A stretch of DNA of 48,046 nt from Candidatus Woesearchaeota archaeon. Its GTDB lineage: Archaea; Nanobdellota; Nanobdellia; Woesearchaeales; JAGVYO01. The translations under genes were made by a program, and so were the position numbers. Below the pieces are notes generated by a model. The model ran no database searches, was not told where the DNA came from, and saw only the letters and a program-made list of their open reading frames with translations. The stretch covers positions 1 through 48,046 of the forward strand of contig JAGVYO010000006.1 of assembly GCA_018303225.1 (NCBI GenBank), given 5' to 3'. Positions 1-8,876 of the stretch are shown here, piece after piece; position 1 is the first letter of the stretch; every line of letters starts with the position of its first letter.

Positions 1-2201
1 CGCTGGCAGATGCCCTGGATGACGACCCGTTTCTTCGGATCCACATAATGCGACGTCCGGAAGAAGTACGCAGGCAGTAATTTCCTCAGTTCCTCATCAC
101 TGGCATGGAGCACCTTTTCCGTAAGCCCTTTCTGGTCGAGATAGGCCTGCACTGTGGAATGGAACACCTTGAAGCGCTGGTTGCCGAACGACTCAGAGCG
201 GCGCGTATAGTAAAGGGCAAATATGGGCTCGATGCCGCCGCTGACTCCGATATAATGCCGGCCCTCATGAATATAGCCCAACACAATATTTGAGATCGTT
301 CCCGTCGGCGCAATGGACAAGAGGGCAATATTGCGCAACCCTTTCTGCTCTACCAATTGCTGCGTTGCGGGCTCGAGCATCTCCCGGAAAAATGCCCCTT
401 TTGAATATTTCTCAAAGTCAAACACCGGCGAAGAGCCTTTCTCTTCGGCCAATAAAGCAGAAGCCTCGTACGTCACGTTGGCGATGAATTTCCCGATCCT
501 CTCCATCAGCTGGATGCCTTCCTCGCTGTCGTACCCGATGCCCAATTGGTTGAGCATGTCCGCAATGCCCATGTATCCCAATCCCAAGCGCCGGGTCTCC
601 TTGGCGGCCTTGCGCTGCTTCTCCAGCGGGTTTAATGATTCGTTCCAGATCACCACATTGTCTAAAAACCGGGTCAATAAGATCGTAGTTTCGCGCAGCG
701 CATCCCAGTCTATAGAGGCATTCTCGCTATAGCCGTTGTTCACAAAACGGGACAGGTTGACAGAGCCCAGATTGCACGCGCCGCCATCTTCCAACGGAAC
801 TTCGCCGCACGGGTTCGTGGAGCAGATCGGCTTCCCCACATAATTCGAGGGCGAGTATTTGCGCATGGTGCTCCAGAAAATCAAACCCGGCTCTGCGGTT
901 TTATAATTTCCGTCGATGAACAGGTTCCAGATGTCGCGCGCCTTCACCATCCGCTTGAATTCGCCGGTTTCCGCAGAGTCGTAGTACAGCATGAAGTCCC
1001 CGGCGCGGTGGATCGCAAAGTCATACTCTTCCGTGGGCATCGGCACGATGAAATCGCCGAACGCATCCCTCTCCAGGGCATCGTTGAAGCGCTGGCTGTC
1101 CAGCGCTGCACCGATCTTCTGCTTCAGGAAATAGGCCAGCTCGGTCTCGTCTTCAAAGGCCTTGAAGAACTCGTAATGCTCCAATGCCTTGGACGGGATG
1201 CCGAACGAGAAATGCTCGGTCTGCAGCGCGTCTACGCCGTTGAATTTCTTATAGACCAGGATCTTTTCGGTCCCGTAGTCGTTCTGCTCTTTCACGGCCT
1301 GCATGAACTCATCCGAAACTTTTAAGCTGATATTCGCGAACCTGACCTGGGTGTTTTCACGCACCTGCTGTTCAATCTCCTTCAATTGCTTCTCATCAAA
1401 CTTGTTGGACCATTTGCACTGTTCCACGATCTGCTTCGTGACCCAGTTCGGGACTTTCTTGACATTGATGAAGTGCTGCGCATCCGGATGCTTCACGTCC
1501 AGCGTAATCATCAATGCACCGCGACGGCCGGATTGCCCAATCAATCCCGTAGTCAACGAATAAATCTCCATGAAAGAGACCGCGCCCGTAGACTTGTCAG
1601 CGGCATTGTGCACCACAGAATCCCGGGGCCGCAACCCGGAAATATCGACGCCAATCCCCCCGCCATACGAATACGTTCGGGCGCAGTCATAGGCTGCCTT
1701 GTAGATGGATTCGATGTTGTCTTCCGCGATCAGCGTGACGAAGCAATTGGCCAAGGTCTTCAGACGGTAGAGATCACCGGCTCCTGCGATGACGCGCCCG
1801 CCGGGCAAAAACGACCCGCGGTAGAGGCTCTTGTAGAAATCAACAGCCCATTGTTCCTGCTTCGCGTCGGTCTCTTCGACAGCGGCCACATAGGCTGCCA
1901 ATCGTGCGAACACATCCTCGGGCCTTTTTTCAATAGGCGCCCCTTCCAGATTCTTGAGAAAATACTTGTTGGTGTAGATGCTGGTGGCCAGCTCGCTGTT
2001 GCCGAGATAATTGTTCGCGGGATGCACCGGCAGTTCGCCCCTGGCCTGCATCTCGCGCAGCTTGAAGAGGAGTCTTTTGTATGCCTGGATACGGGAAGGA
2101 TCCACCAGCTTGGAAAGCTTGCTTTTGTGCTCAAACATCTGCTGCAGCGTCTCGTCCGATATCGCTGCTTTTAACCCCGATCCCCGCTCCTCTTTCTTCA
2201 T
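1..2201 (-). CDS. nrdJ: Class II (B12-dependent) ribonucleotide reductase; 3' end runs off the window
   Basis: Manual translation from ATG at 2201 (absent from ORF track): FLPGGRVIAGAG, TLANCFV, GGGIGVDISGLRP, GRRGALM, EPGLIF, TNPCGEVPL..GACNLGSVNL, RRLGLGYMGIAD, SIAPTGTIS; no R2 gene upstream. Confidence 0.92.
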   Translation of the reverse strand, partial: MKKEERGSGLKAAISDETLQQMFEHKSKLSKLVDPSRIQAYKRLLFKLREMQARGELPVHPANNYLGNSELATSIYTNKYFLKNLEGAPIEKRPEDVFARLAAYVAAVEETDAKQEQWAVDFYKSLYRGSFLPGGRVIAGAGDLYRLKTLANCFVTLIAEDNIESIYKAAYDCARTYSYGGGIGVDISGLRPRDSVVHNAADKSTGAVSFMEIYSLTTGLIGQSGRRGALMITLDVKHPDAQHFINVKKVPNWVTKQIVEQCKWSNKFDEKQLKEIEQQVRENTQVRFANISLKVSDEFMQAVKEQNDYGTEKILVYKKFNGVDALQTEHFSFGIPSKALEHYEFFKAFEDETELAYFLKQKIGAALDSQRFNDALERDAFGDFIVPMPTEEYDFAIHRAGDFMLYYDSAETGEFKRMVKARDIWNLFIDGNYKTAEPGLIFWSTMRKYSPSNYVGKPICSTNPCGEVPLEDGGACNLGSVNLSRFVNNGYSENASIDWDALRETTILLTRFLDNVVIWNESLNPLEKQRKAAKETRRLGLGYMGIADMLNQLGIGYDSEEGIQLMERIGKFIANVTYEASALLAEEKGSSPVFDFEKYSKGAFFREMLEPATQQLVEQKGLRNIALLSIAPTGTISNIVLGYIHEGRHYIGVSGGIEPIFALYYTRRSESFGNQRFKVFHSTVQAYLDQKGLTEKVLHASDEELRKLLPAYFFRTSHYVDPKKRVVIQGICQ

Positions 2202-2227
2202 CTAACCATCCCACCTCTTTAAGGTAT

Positions 2228-2680
2228 TTAATGCCTGGCCAGCTTCTGCAGCTCCTTCTGGAAGGAGCGCAGGTCCGCAAATTCCCTGTAGACAGAAGCA
2301 AACCGGATATAGGAAACCTTGTCGATGCTTTTAAGCTTGCTCATGACCAGCTCGCCGATGATGCGGCTCTCCACTTCCGTGCTGTCCCGGTTGCGCAGCT
2401 CAATCTCCACCTCATCCACAATCCGCTCGATCTGCTGCTGCGAGACAGGCCGCTTTTCGCACGCCCGAAGGATGCCCTGGAACAGCTTGTTCCGGTTGAA
2501 CCGTTCTCTTGTACGGTCTTTCTTGATCACCATCAGCTCCACCATCTCCACACGCTCGTACGTGGTGAAGCGTTTTCTGCATTTCAGGCACTCCCGCCTT
2601 CGCCGGGTGGAGAAGGAATCCGTGGTCTCGCGCTTATCCAGGACCCTCGTGTCAGAATGGCTGCAGTAAGGGCATAGCAT
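2228..2680 (-). CDS. nrdR: Transcriptional repressor NrdR (Zn ribbon + ATP cone)
   Basis: MLCPYCSHSDTRVLDKRE..RRRRECLKCRKRFTTYERVE, VIKKD..RERFNRNKL, YIRFASVYREF; directly upstream of nrdJ. Confidence 0.97.
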   Translation of the reverse strand: MLCPYCSHSDTRVLDKRETTDSFSTRRRRECLKCRKRFTTYERVEMVELMVIKKDRTRERFNRNKLFQGILRACEKRPVSQQQIERIVDEVEIELRNRDSTEVESRIIGELVMSKLKSIDKVSYIRFASVYREFADLRSFQKELQKLARH

Positions 2681-2689
2681 GCGCGGTTC

Positions 2690-2754
2690 CTCCGGTATAT
2701 TGTGTCTGGTCAGCAAAACACATACAACAGGTTGTGGTGTCGCTGATATTTAAA
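2690..2754 (-). promoter_or_regulatory. Tandem NrdR boxes (2690-2705, 2722-2737) and TATA box (2747-2754)
   Basis: Minus strand ACACAATATACCGGAG and CCACAACCTGTTGTAT resemble the consensus acaCwAtATaTwGtgt and start 32 bp apart; TTTAAATA just upstream. Confidence 0.8.
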
Positions 2755-3030
2755 TCTATCTTTTTTACGATGAATCCCCACCACCCATGGTAGAACAGCA
2801 ACAAAAAAAACACAAACTATCGGATTCTTTCTCCGTGCAACTTCTATTTAAGCATTTCTGTTATAAAATATATAATCGGGTTACCTGCCATATGGAAAAG
2901 ATGTAAATATAACAGAAGACCTAAGTTTTTAATAATATTGTTAGGTCTTCTGAATATAATGGGGCCCATTCAAATATTAATCATTCATGTCCCCCATTAT
3001 AGAAGCAAAAAAGAAACGAATTCCTAAAAA

Positions 3031-3177
3031 TGTCAGAATTTTCCATCCAGTCTTTGACTGGTGGCACAAACTTCCTGTGCCAAAGTTCAGAAAATTCTGA
3101 GCATGCTCAAAAACCACATGAAGCAGACTAGCTCTGCTACAAGCACACTACCCATCTGTGATGGGTGGTTTTTGACA
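3031..3177. repeat. Palindromic repeat family A, copy 1
   Basis: TGTCA-hairpin-TGAGCATGCTCA-hairpin-TGACA; same frame at 26863, 36549, 46770. Confidence 0.85.
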
Positions 3178-3254
3178 GGTTTAGGCAGAAATATATTAAA
3201 AATCTGAGAATTAAGATTATTTTTATATAGGTGGAATGGCTCCAAGAGTACATC

Positions 3255-3575
3255 ATGGAAAAAACCGCCTTTTTGGAAATCTTCGGCGACAGCCCAATCC
3301 TAAGGGCATTGGACTTTTTGATAGTTACTGAAGACTTTGATTATAGCATGACAGATATCGCCCATCTTTCCGGTGTTGGCTATTCTACATTAAAATTGTT
3401 TTGGGCTAAGCTAGAGGAAAGCAGGATAGTAAGCCAAACCCGAATAGTGGGGAAAGCCAAGATGTACAAGCTGAATCTTGCCAATCCTATTGTCAAGAAA
3501 TTCAGGGATTTCTATTGGGAAACCACGAAGAGAAGCATTAGAGAAGGGGTAAAGGAAAGTCTCGTAACTGCTTAG
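3255..3575 (+). CDS. Winged-helix (ArsR-like) DNA-binding protein
   Basis: FGDSPILRALDFL..DYSMTDIAHLSGVGYSTL..TRIVGKAKMYKLN..NPIV: HTH plus wing. Confidence 0.8.
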   Translation: MEKTAFLEIFGDSPILRALDFLIVTEDFDYSMTDIAHLSGVGYSTLKLFWAKLEESRIVSQTRIVGKAKMYKLNLANPIVKKFRDFYWETTKRSIREGVKESLVTA

Positions 3576-3637
3576 CCAATTTCTTTCCCTTCATCGCCAT
3601 CCGGAAACAATGGGCAATAACCAAAAAGCTTATATAT

Positions 3638-3660
3638 TAGTTATACTATCTAGTTAACTA
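3638..3660. promoter_or_regulatory. Probable vapBC autoregulatory operator
   Basis: Adjacent palindromes TAGTTATACTA and TAGTTAACTA between a TATA-like box and the antitoxin start. Confidence 0.5.
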
Positions 3661-3679
3661 TTAACTGAGGTGTTATACA

Positions 3680-3907
3680 ATGATTGCCTGCAAAACCAAG
3701 CGGTGGGGAAACTCCATAGGGATCATCCTGCCGAAAGAGGTAGTCCGGGAAAAGAACATCAAACCCGAGGAAGAGATTCTGCTGGATATTGTGGAGAAGC
3801 GCACGGTATTGCGGGAACTCTTCGGGGCGCTGCGATTCAAGAAATCCACGCCTGCGCTTTTGAGCGAATCCAGAAAGAGCTTGTCGAGCAAGTTTGAGGC
3901 GCCATGA
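3680..3907 (+). CDS. vapB: AbrB/MazE-family antitoxin
   Basis: KRWGNSIGIILPKEVVREKNIKPEEEI; ATGA overlap with the PIN gene. Confidence 0.88.
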   Translation: MIACKTKRWGNSIGIILPKEVVREKNIKPEEEILLDIVEKRTVLRELFGALRFKKSTPALLSESRKSLSSKFEAP

Positions 3908-4263
3908 AATGCCTGGATACGTATGCACTGGTTGAGATTTCAAGGGGGAATCCAAGCTTTTCAAAGTACGAAGCCGAAGCGTTTCTGATCACGGACGTGA
4001 TCCTTGCGGAATTCTATGGGATTGTCCTCAGGGAGCACGACGAGCGCACGGCTGACTACTGGTTCCGCCGGCTGGCCGCCTACAGCAAGCCCATGAGCAA
4101 AGAACTGCTGGTGGAGTCCGTGAAATACCGGTGCAAGCACCGCGCCAAACGGCTGTCGTTTTTTGATTGCGCCGGATACATATTTGCCCGGAGCCAAAGA
4201 ATACCGTTTGTCACGGGCGACAAAGAGTTTCGGGATGTGGAAGGCGTCGAGTTTGTGAAGTGA
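3904..4263 (+). CDS. vapC: PIN-domain toxin
   Basis: CLDTYALVE, ILAEFY, LSFFDC, FVTGDKEF. Confidence 0.9.
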   Translation: MKCLDTYALVEISRGNPSFSKYEAEAFLITDVILAEFYGIVLREHDERTADYWFRRLAAYSKPMSKELLVESVKYRCKHRAKRLSFFDCAGYIFARSQRIPFVTGDKEFRDVEGVEFVK

Positions 4264-4276
4264 CGGCTACGGCAAT

Positions 4277-4419
4277 GTTTTTCTAAGGTCTTCGAATTCA
4301 AAAACCTTACGAAAAACAACGTTTTTCTAAGGTCTTGGAATCAAGAAGATTCCAAAAACCCAACGAAAGCAAAGCTTTCTGGGGTCTTTGAATTCTTCGA
4401 ATTCAAAAACCTTTTAAAG
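4277..4419 (+). repeat. Repeat family C, copy 1 (three hairpin units ending in the rpl11 TATA box)
   Basis: GGTCTT-hairpin-AAAACC units linked by GAAAGC/GCTTTC hairpins; matches reverse complements at 22169 and 23383. Confidence 0.85.
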
Positions 4420-4444
4420 GGGCGATTAATTCCTATTCAATCTT

Positions 4445-5296
4445 ATGGCAAAGCAATCCGTACAGGTTCTCGTAAGCGGAGGCCAGGCGACCGCCGCACC
4501 GCCGTTAGGCCCGGCCCTGGGCCCCATGGGCGTGAACATCGGCCAGGTTGTGGGAGATATCAACAAGAAGACCGCCAGCTTTGCCGGCATGCAGGTCCCT
4601 GTCAAAGTCATCGTGGATTCTTCCACCAGGACGTTCGAGATTGAGATCGGTACGCCGCCGGCATCGGCCTTGTTGAAAAAGGAAGCCGGCATTGAGAAAG
4701 GCTCCGGCAATCCGAAAGCAGACAAGGTAGCGGACGTCCTTATCGAGCAGATCATCAAGGTCGCCAAGATGAAAGAGGGCAACCTTCTGGGAAAGACATT
4801 AAAAGAAAAGGTCAAGGAGATCATCGGCACGTGCAATTCCATGGGCATCCTCGTAGAAGGCGTTACGGCCGTAGAAGCCATAAAGCAGGTCAATGAAGGC
4901 AAGTTCGATACGGAAATCAAATCCGAGAAGACCGAATTAACCGCCGAAGAGAAGAAGAAGGTGGAAGAGGAGCGGAAGAGACTGGCCGAAGAGATCCAGA
5001 AGCGCCGTGCCGAGTTCGAAAAGACCGCCAAGGACATCATCGCAGCCATGGCCGGCAAGGAACGCGGAGATATCAAGGCGAAACTGCACGAAGCGGGAAT
5101 CCCCGAAATCATGATCAAGGAGTTGTTACCGGTAGAAGGAGCAGCCGCTGCCGAAGGCGCTGCACCCGGCGCAGCTGGTGCTGGTGCGAAACCGGCCCCA
5201 GGAGCAAAACCCGCTGCGGGTGCGAAACCGGCCGAAGGCGCCAAGGCCGAAGCGCCCAAGAAAGAGGAGAAGAAAGCATCCAAGGAGAAGAAATGA
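4445..5296 (+). CDS. rpl11: Ribosomal protein uL11 with long C-terminal extension
   Basis: GGQATAAPPLGPALGPMGVNIG, GMQVPVKV, TPPASALLKKEAG, EIIGTCNSMGI. Confidence 0.97.
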   Translation: MAKQSVQVLVSGGQATAAPPLGPALGPMGVNIGQVVGDINKKTASFAGMQVPVKVIVDSSTRTFEIEIGTPPASALLKKEAGIEKGSGNPKADKVADVLIEQIIKVAKMKEGNLLGKTLKEKVKEIIGTCNSMGILVEGVTAVEAIKQVNEGKFDTEIKSEKTELTAEEKKKVEEERKRLAEEIQKRRAEFEKTAKDIIAAMAGKERGDIKAKLHEAGIPEIMIKELLPVEGAAAAEGAAPGAAGAGAKPAPGAKPAAGAKPAEGAKAEAPKKEEKKASKEKK

Positions 5297-5397
5297 GCAG
5301 AATAGTTTATTTTTCAGGCAGCATGCATCATCATCGTTAGTTCTACCCATCATTTATTACATCCATCCAAAAAGAGGTGTCGAGAGGGGGCTATAAA

Positions 5398-5718
5398 ATG
5401 AATCAAAATGGACTCAAAAGCAATGGAAAAGTGCCCGCGAAGGTAAACGATCCTATGTTAAGGGAGGTATTGGAAAAAATTATGGGCGATCCAAAATTAG
5501 AGGGCATCACAATTGAAATTGGCGAAACAGTACGGAGCCACCCAAGCACCCGAGCGTGTTTTGAAGTGGTGAAGAACCACGAGGGAACCCTGGAAACCGT
5601 CGCTGAGGGAGGTATTGGTGGATGTGATCATCGGAGAGTAACTTTCAGAACGGCAAATAGCAGTTACACACCAAAAGATGTTTTGGCCTATCTCAGAGAG
5701 CACTATACGGTGTATTGA
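5398..5718 (+). CDS. Hypothetical protein, possibly DUF2103-like
   Basis: ORF with purine-rich leader; pattern resembles 6142-6522. Confidence 0.55.
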   Translation: MNQNGLKSNGKVPAKVNDPMLREVLEKIMGDPKLEGITIEIGETVRSHPSTRACFEVVKNHEGTLETVAEGGIGGCDHRRVTFRTANSSYTPKDVLAYLREHYTVY

Positions 5719-5870
5719 CCAAAACATTAATATACTTCTTTCTTTTTTTATTCTTTATGCAATCAATCATGTGTTGTTGCTGATTTCTCCATCGGTTAGT
5801 GTTTAAACTGTTTTTCTGCAGGCCCTTTGTTTTCAGGCTTCTATACATTTCCACAAGGAGGTCATTCACA

Positions 5871-6131
5871 ATGGAGCAATCATCTGAAAAGAAAGACAGC
5901 CGTTTCCGTTCGGCCATAAAGGCATTCTCCTATAGGGTCGTATCCACTTTGATGACGACGGGTGCAGTATTCGCCCTCACTGGAAAAGGGGCCCTGGCTC
6001 TGCAGATTGGGGGCTTCGAGGCCGTCTCGAAGCTGGTCCTGTATTACCTGCACGAGCGGGCATGGAACAGGAAATCATGGAGAAAGAAAATGTCAACGAT
6101 GAAAGCAGGGCATATACAAACAGCCGGGTAA
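5871..6131 (+). CDS. DUF2061 small membrane protein
   Basis: DSRFRSAIKAFSYRVVST..TGK..ALQIG..KLVLYYLHERAW. Confidence 0.85.
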   Translation: MEQSSEKKDSRFRSAIKAFSYRVVSTLMTTGAVFALTGKGALALQIGGFEAVSKLVLYYLHERAWNRKSWRKKMSTMKAGHIQTAG

Positions 6132-6141
6132 GGGGTTAAAA

Positions 6142-6522
6142 ATGGCAGGTTATCAAGCACCAAACAACCAGACAATCAAAGGAGAGAAACCAGTTGGAAG
6201 ATTAGGGGGTGAATTGGAGAAACTGGTGGGCGGATTTAGTTTCATTAAAAGCATCGTGGTAGAGAGTGGAAGAAAAGGGGGCATGTATACCCCGCACCCG
6301 CGCATCATTTACAAAATGGATACTGCTACAGGCCTCTTGGCGCGCGGCTATGGCGGAAAAGGCACCCAGGGGTACCAGCCGCTGAACATTATCGTGAGCA
6401 CCAACGGCACCAATGGAGAAATAAGGCAACATGAGGTTTCTGAAGAGGATCGCCAAACGATCTTCCGTGATCGGGTAGGGGAGGTAAAGGAATATCTGAA
6501 AAGAACCTATGGAGAGAAATAA
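6142..6522 (+). CDS. Hypothetical protein, possibly DUF2103-like
   Basis: LEKL..FIKSI..GRKGG..RIIYKMDTATGLLARG..QPLNIIVST; 10 nt after the DUF2061 gene. Confidence 0.55.
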   Translation: MAGYQAPNNQTIKGEKPVGRLGGELEKLVGGFSFIKSIVVESGRKGGMYTPHPRIIYKMDTATGLLARGYGGKGTQGYQPLNIIVSTNGTNGEIRQHEVSEEDRQTIFRDRVGEVKEYLKRTYGEK

Positions 6523-7331
6523 CCTATCTTGTCCGTCCGCTCAAACGGGATATTCAGCTCGTTCAATAAATCAATAATCCGCTGCTTCTCTTTTCCCATT
6601 CCTTTCCAGTCCAAGAGAACAAAATCAGTTTTCTCTTTGATCTTTTCAATGCCCTGCTGCAGCATCTCTTTGTCCAGCTTTTCCAGGTGGTATTTCGGGC
6701 AGATGTGGCCCAAAGCAATGTCCGTCCGTTCCATCACCTTGTTGAACGTGGGACAGTAATGCAGGCCGCCCAACCCTAAAGCGATTTTATATTTCTTTCC
6801 GGAATCATTTTGCAGCGCATGCATAATCGTCTTCGCAATGATTTCACCGGCCTCTTTATTCTGCCACTGTTCTTCATTGCTCCCAATCTCGATGAAAAAG
6901 CACGGTTTGCCCACAACCGGCCCGTGATGCGTCGCTTCCAGGGTGATCTCATAATCCAGATGCGCCGCCAACTCCTTCAGTTTCAGGAATGCATTTTTCA
7001 GATAGACCGCGGACGAAACGCAGAGCGTCCGGTCTTTCCCGCCGAAATCCGCTTTGTTCCAGTTGCCGGGCGCATGGCACGACAGGGAATGCACGCCCTC
7101 CTTGCTCTGGTGCTTGGTGGCAAAAACAAATAAATCGGCATCAATCTTTTTATCAACATTCTCTAAGTAAATCGATTCGGTTTCTGCGGTGTAGAGAAGG
7201 ATATCCTTGAATTCAAAGACGGGATTAGTCTCGAATTTTTCCGTGGTCTCCTTGAAATCAAACAAGGAAAGCAACTGCTCTCGGATATTCATCCCGGCTG
7301 CATCTTTTTTGGAGGCAATGATCGCTTTCAT
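6507..7331 (-). CDS. dtdA: Archaeal D-aminoacyl-tRNA deacylase (DTD2)
   Basis: SKKDAAGMNI, FATKHQS..SLSCHAPGN, EATHHGP, FIEIGS, GLGGLHY, GHICPKY; ATGA overlap with mutY. Confidence 0.95.
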   Translation of the reverse strand: MKAIIASKKDAAGMNIREQLLSLFDFKETTEKFETNPVFEFKDILLYTAETESIYLENVDKKIDADLFVFATKHQSKEGVHSLSCHAPGNWNKADFGGKDRTLCVSSAVYLKNAFLKLKELAAHLDYEITLEATHHGPVVGKPCFFIEIGSNEEQWQNKEAGEIIAKTIMHALQNDSGKKYKIALGLGGLHYCPTFNKVMERTDIALGHICPKYHLEKLDKEMLQQGIEKIKEKTDFVLLDWKGMGKEKQRIIDLLNELNIPFERTDKIGYFSP

Positions 7332-8371
7332 AAGGCCTCGATGATTTTTGTGTTGGCTTTCGGAAAAGCATACTTCTTCAGATCGTTTACCGTGACCCAT
7401 TTCCAGTCGGTGCAGCCCAGCGCTTTTGGGGTTCCGTTCTGATACAGGCAGTGGAACGTGTGCAGGGTTATCCTGAAATGGCTGTACGCATGGTTTAATT
7501 TAATAAATGGCTCGTTGACGCGGACCGTAATACCGAGCTCCTCTTTGATCTCGCGCAGGCACGCATTCTGCAACGATTCATTCTTCTTCCTTTTTCCGCC
7601 GGGGAATTCCCATAACCCGCCAAGCAGCCCTTCTTCGGGCCGCAATGCAATCAGCAGTTTATCGTTGTTCCAGATCAGCCCAGCCACCACATCGTAATGC
7701 GGGATTTTCTTCTTGGGAGCAGAATACGGCAGAACAGAAGGGTCTTTCAGCCCATTAAAGGCTTTGCAGTCCGTGTTCAGCGGGCATACCGGGCATTTTG
7801 GCTTCTGCGGCACACAAATCATTGCGCCCAGTTCCATCATCGCCTGGTTGAAATCCGAAGCACGGTTGGCAGGCAGCAGCTGCCGCGCATATTCCCACAA
7901 CTGTTTCTTGGTCTCGGTCTTCTTCGCATCCGTCTCAATGAGGTACAAACGGCTTAATACCCGAATCACATTGCCGTCCAGCACCGGATACGGCTTGTTG
8001 TAGGCGATGCTCAGAACAGCAGCGGTCGTATACGGCCCAAATCCAGGCAGTTGGGAAAGCTCATCGTACGAATCCGGAACTTTTCCTTTATGCGTCTTGA
8101 CAATCTCCTTTGCAGCCCGATGCAGATGCCGCGCCCTGGAATAATACCCCAATCCTTCCCAGACTTTCAGCACTTTTCCCAACGGAGCTTTGGCCAGTTT
8201 CTGAATAGTAGGGAATGTTTTGAGAAACCGTTCGTAATACGGCAGCGCCTGATCCACCCGGGTCTGCTGCAGCATCGCCTCCGAAATCCAGATTCTATAC
8301 GGATCATGAGTCTGTCGCCACGGAAGATTGCGCTTATGGGCCGCATACCACTGCAGTAGGGCATTCTGCAT
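7328..8371 (-). CDS. mutY: A/G-specific adenine glycosylase with C-terminal Nudix domain
   Basis: RNLPWR..PYRIWISEAMLQQT, WEGLGYYSRAR, HhH LPGFGPYT, DGNVIRV, FeS motif C-x6-C-x2-C-x5-C. Confidence 0.96.
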   Translation of the reverse strand: MQNALLQWYAAHKRNLPWRQTHDPYRIWISEAMLQQTRVDQALPYYERFLKTFPTIQKLAKAPLGKVLKVWEGLGYYSRARHLHRAAKEIVKTHKGKVPDSYDELSQLPGFGPYTTAAVLSIAYNKPYPVLDGNVIRVLSRLYLIETDAKKTETKKQLWEYARQLLPANRASDFNQAMMELGAMICVPQKPKCPVCPLNTDCKAFNGLKDPSVLPYSAPKKKIPHYDVVAGLIWNNDKLLIALRPEEGLLGGLWEFPGGKRKKNESLQNACLREIKEELGITVRVNEPFIKLNHAYSHFRITLHTFHCLYQNGTPKALGCTDWKWVTVNDLKKYAFPKANTKIIEAL

Positions 8372-8410
8372 AAATCGCCAAAATAAGAAATTGTATTTAA
8401 AGGATTGTTT

Positions 8411-8533
8411 TTAACTTCCCCACCCATCATCGTCCTTGTTGTCCCACAGCTCCTTCATCTTGAGCTGTTGGATCCTAGGAAGGAACCCGCCATAGCGATT
8501 CTTTGCCTTTACACGGAGGGGCTTCTTAATCAT
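8411..8533 (-). CDS. 40-aa peptide with antitoxin-like acidic Trp tail
   Basis: MIKKPLRVKAKNRYGGFLPRIQQLKMKELWDNKDDDGWGS, manually translated. Confidence 0.45.
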   Translation of the reverse strand: MIKKPLRVKAKNRYGGFLPRIQQLKMKELWDNKDDDGWGS

Positions 8534-8654
8534 CCTTGTAATCAGTTCATTGTGCAATATTAACCTTTTCTTTTCATCATTGGCAACTACTTCTCCCGCA
8601 ACCTTTATAAATAAGTAGATTTATTAATATAAAACTTAATACAAATATAAGTAT

Positions 8655-8876
8655 ATGGCAACCATATTCCGAAGAAAGCTCTACAAGCGTGGCTCTAGCT
8701 TTGAAACTACCGTCCCCATGCCGCTGCTGTTCGCGATTGACACGGCGAGAAAATACAACGTCGTTTTCGCGTTTGAGCCGGAAGCCAACAAGTGGTTCAT
8801 CAAGTTCGAGGAGATTGTAGCAAAGAAACCGGCAAAGAACATTGACGAGAAACTGGAGGAGAAAGGAGGTGGCTGA
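8655..8876 (+). CDS. AbrB/SpoVT-like small protein
   Basis: RKLYKRGSSFETTVPMPL swapped-hairpin-like N-terminus. Confidence 0.65.
   Translation: MATIFRRKLYKRGSSFETTVPMPLLFAIDTARKYNVVFAFEPEANKWFIKFEEIVAKKPAKNIDEKLEEKGGG

Noticed and set aside
1002..1292. Intein in nrdJ
   Set aside because: No Cys/Ser start or His-Asn end, and too short.
1386..2174. Long + strand ORFs over the first 2.2 kb
   Set aside because: Antisense shadows of nrdJ, which the ORF track missed because it runs off the window.
2760..3230. Replication origin
   Set aside because: AT-rich, but no ORB motifs or adjacent cdc6/orc1.
4277..4419. CRISPR-like tandem repeats
   Set aside because: Only three units, the spacers are themselves hairpins, no cas genes; explained by repeat family C.
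4426..5283. 285-aa minus-strand ORF
   Set aside because: Antisense to rpl11.
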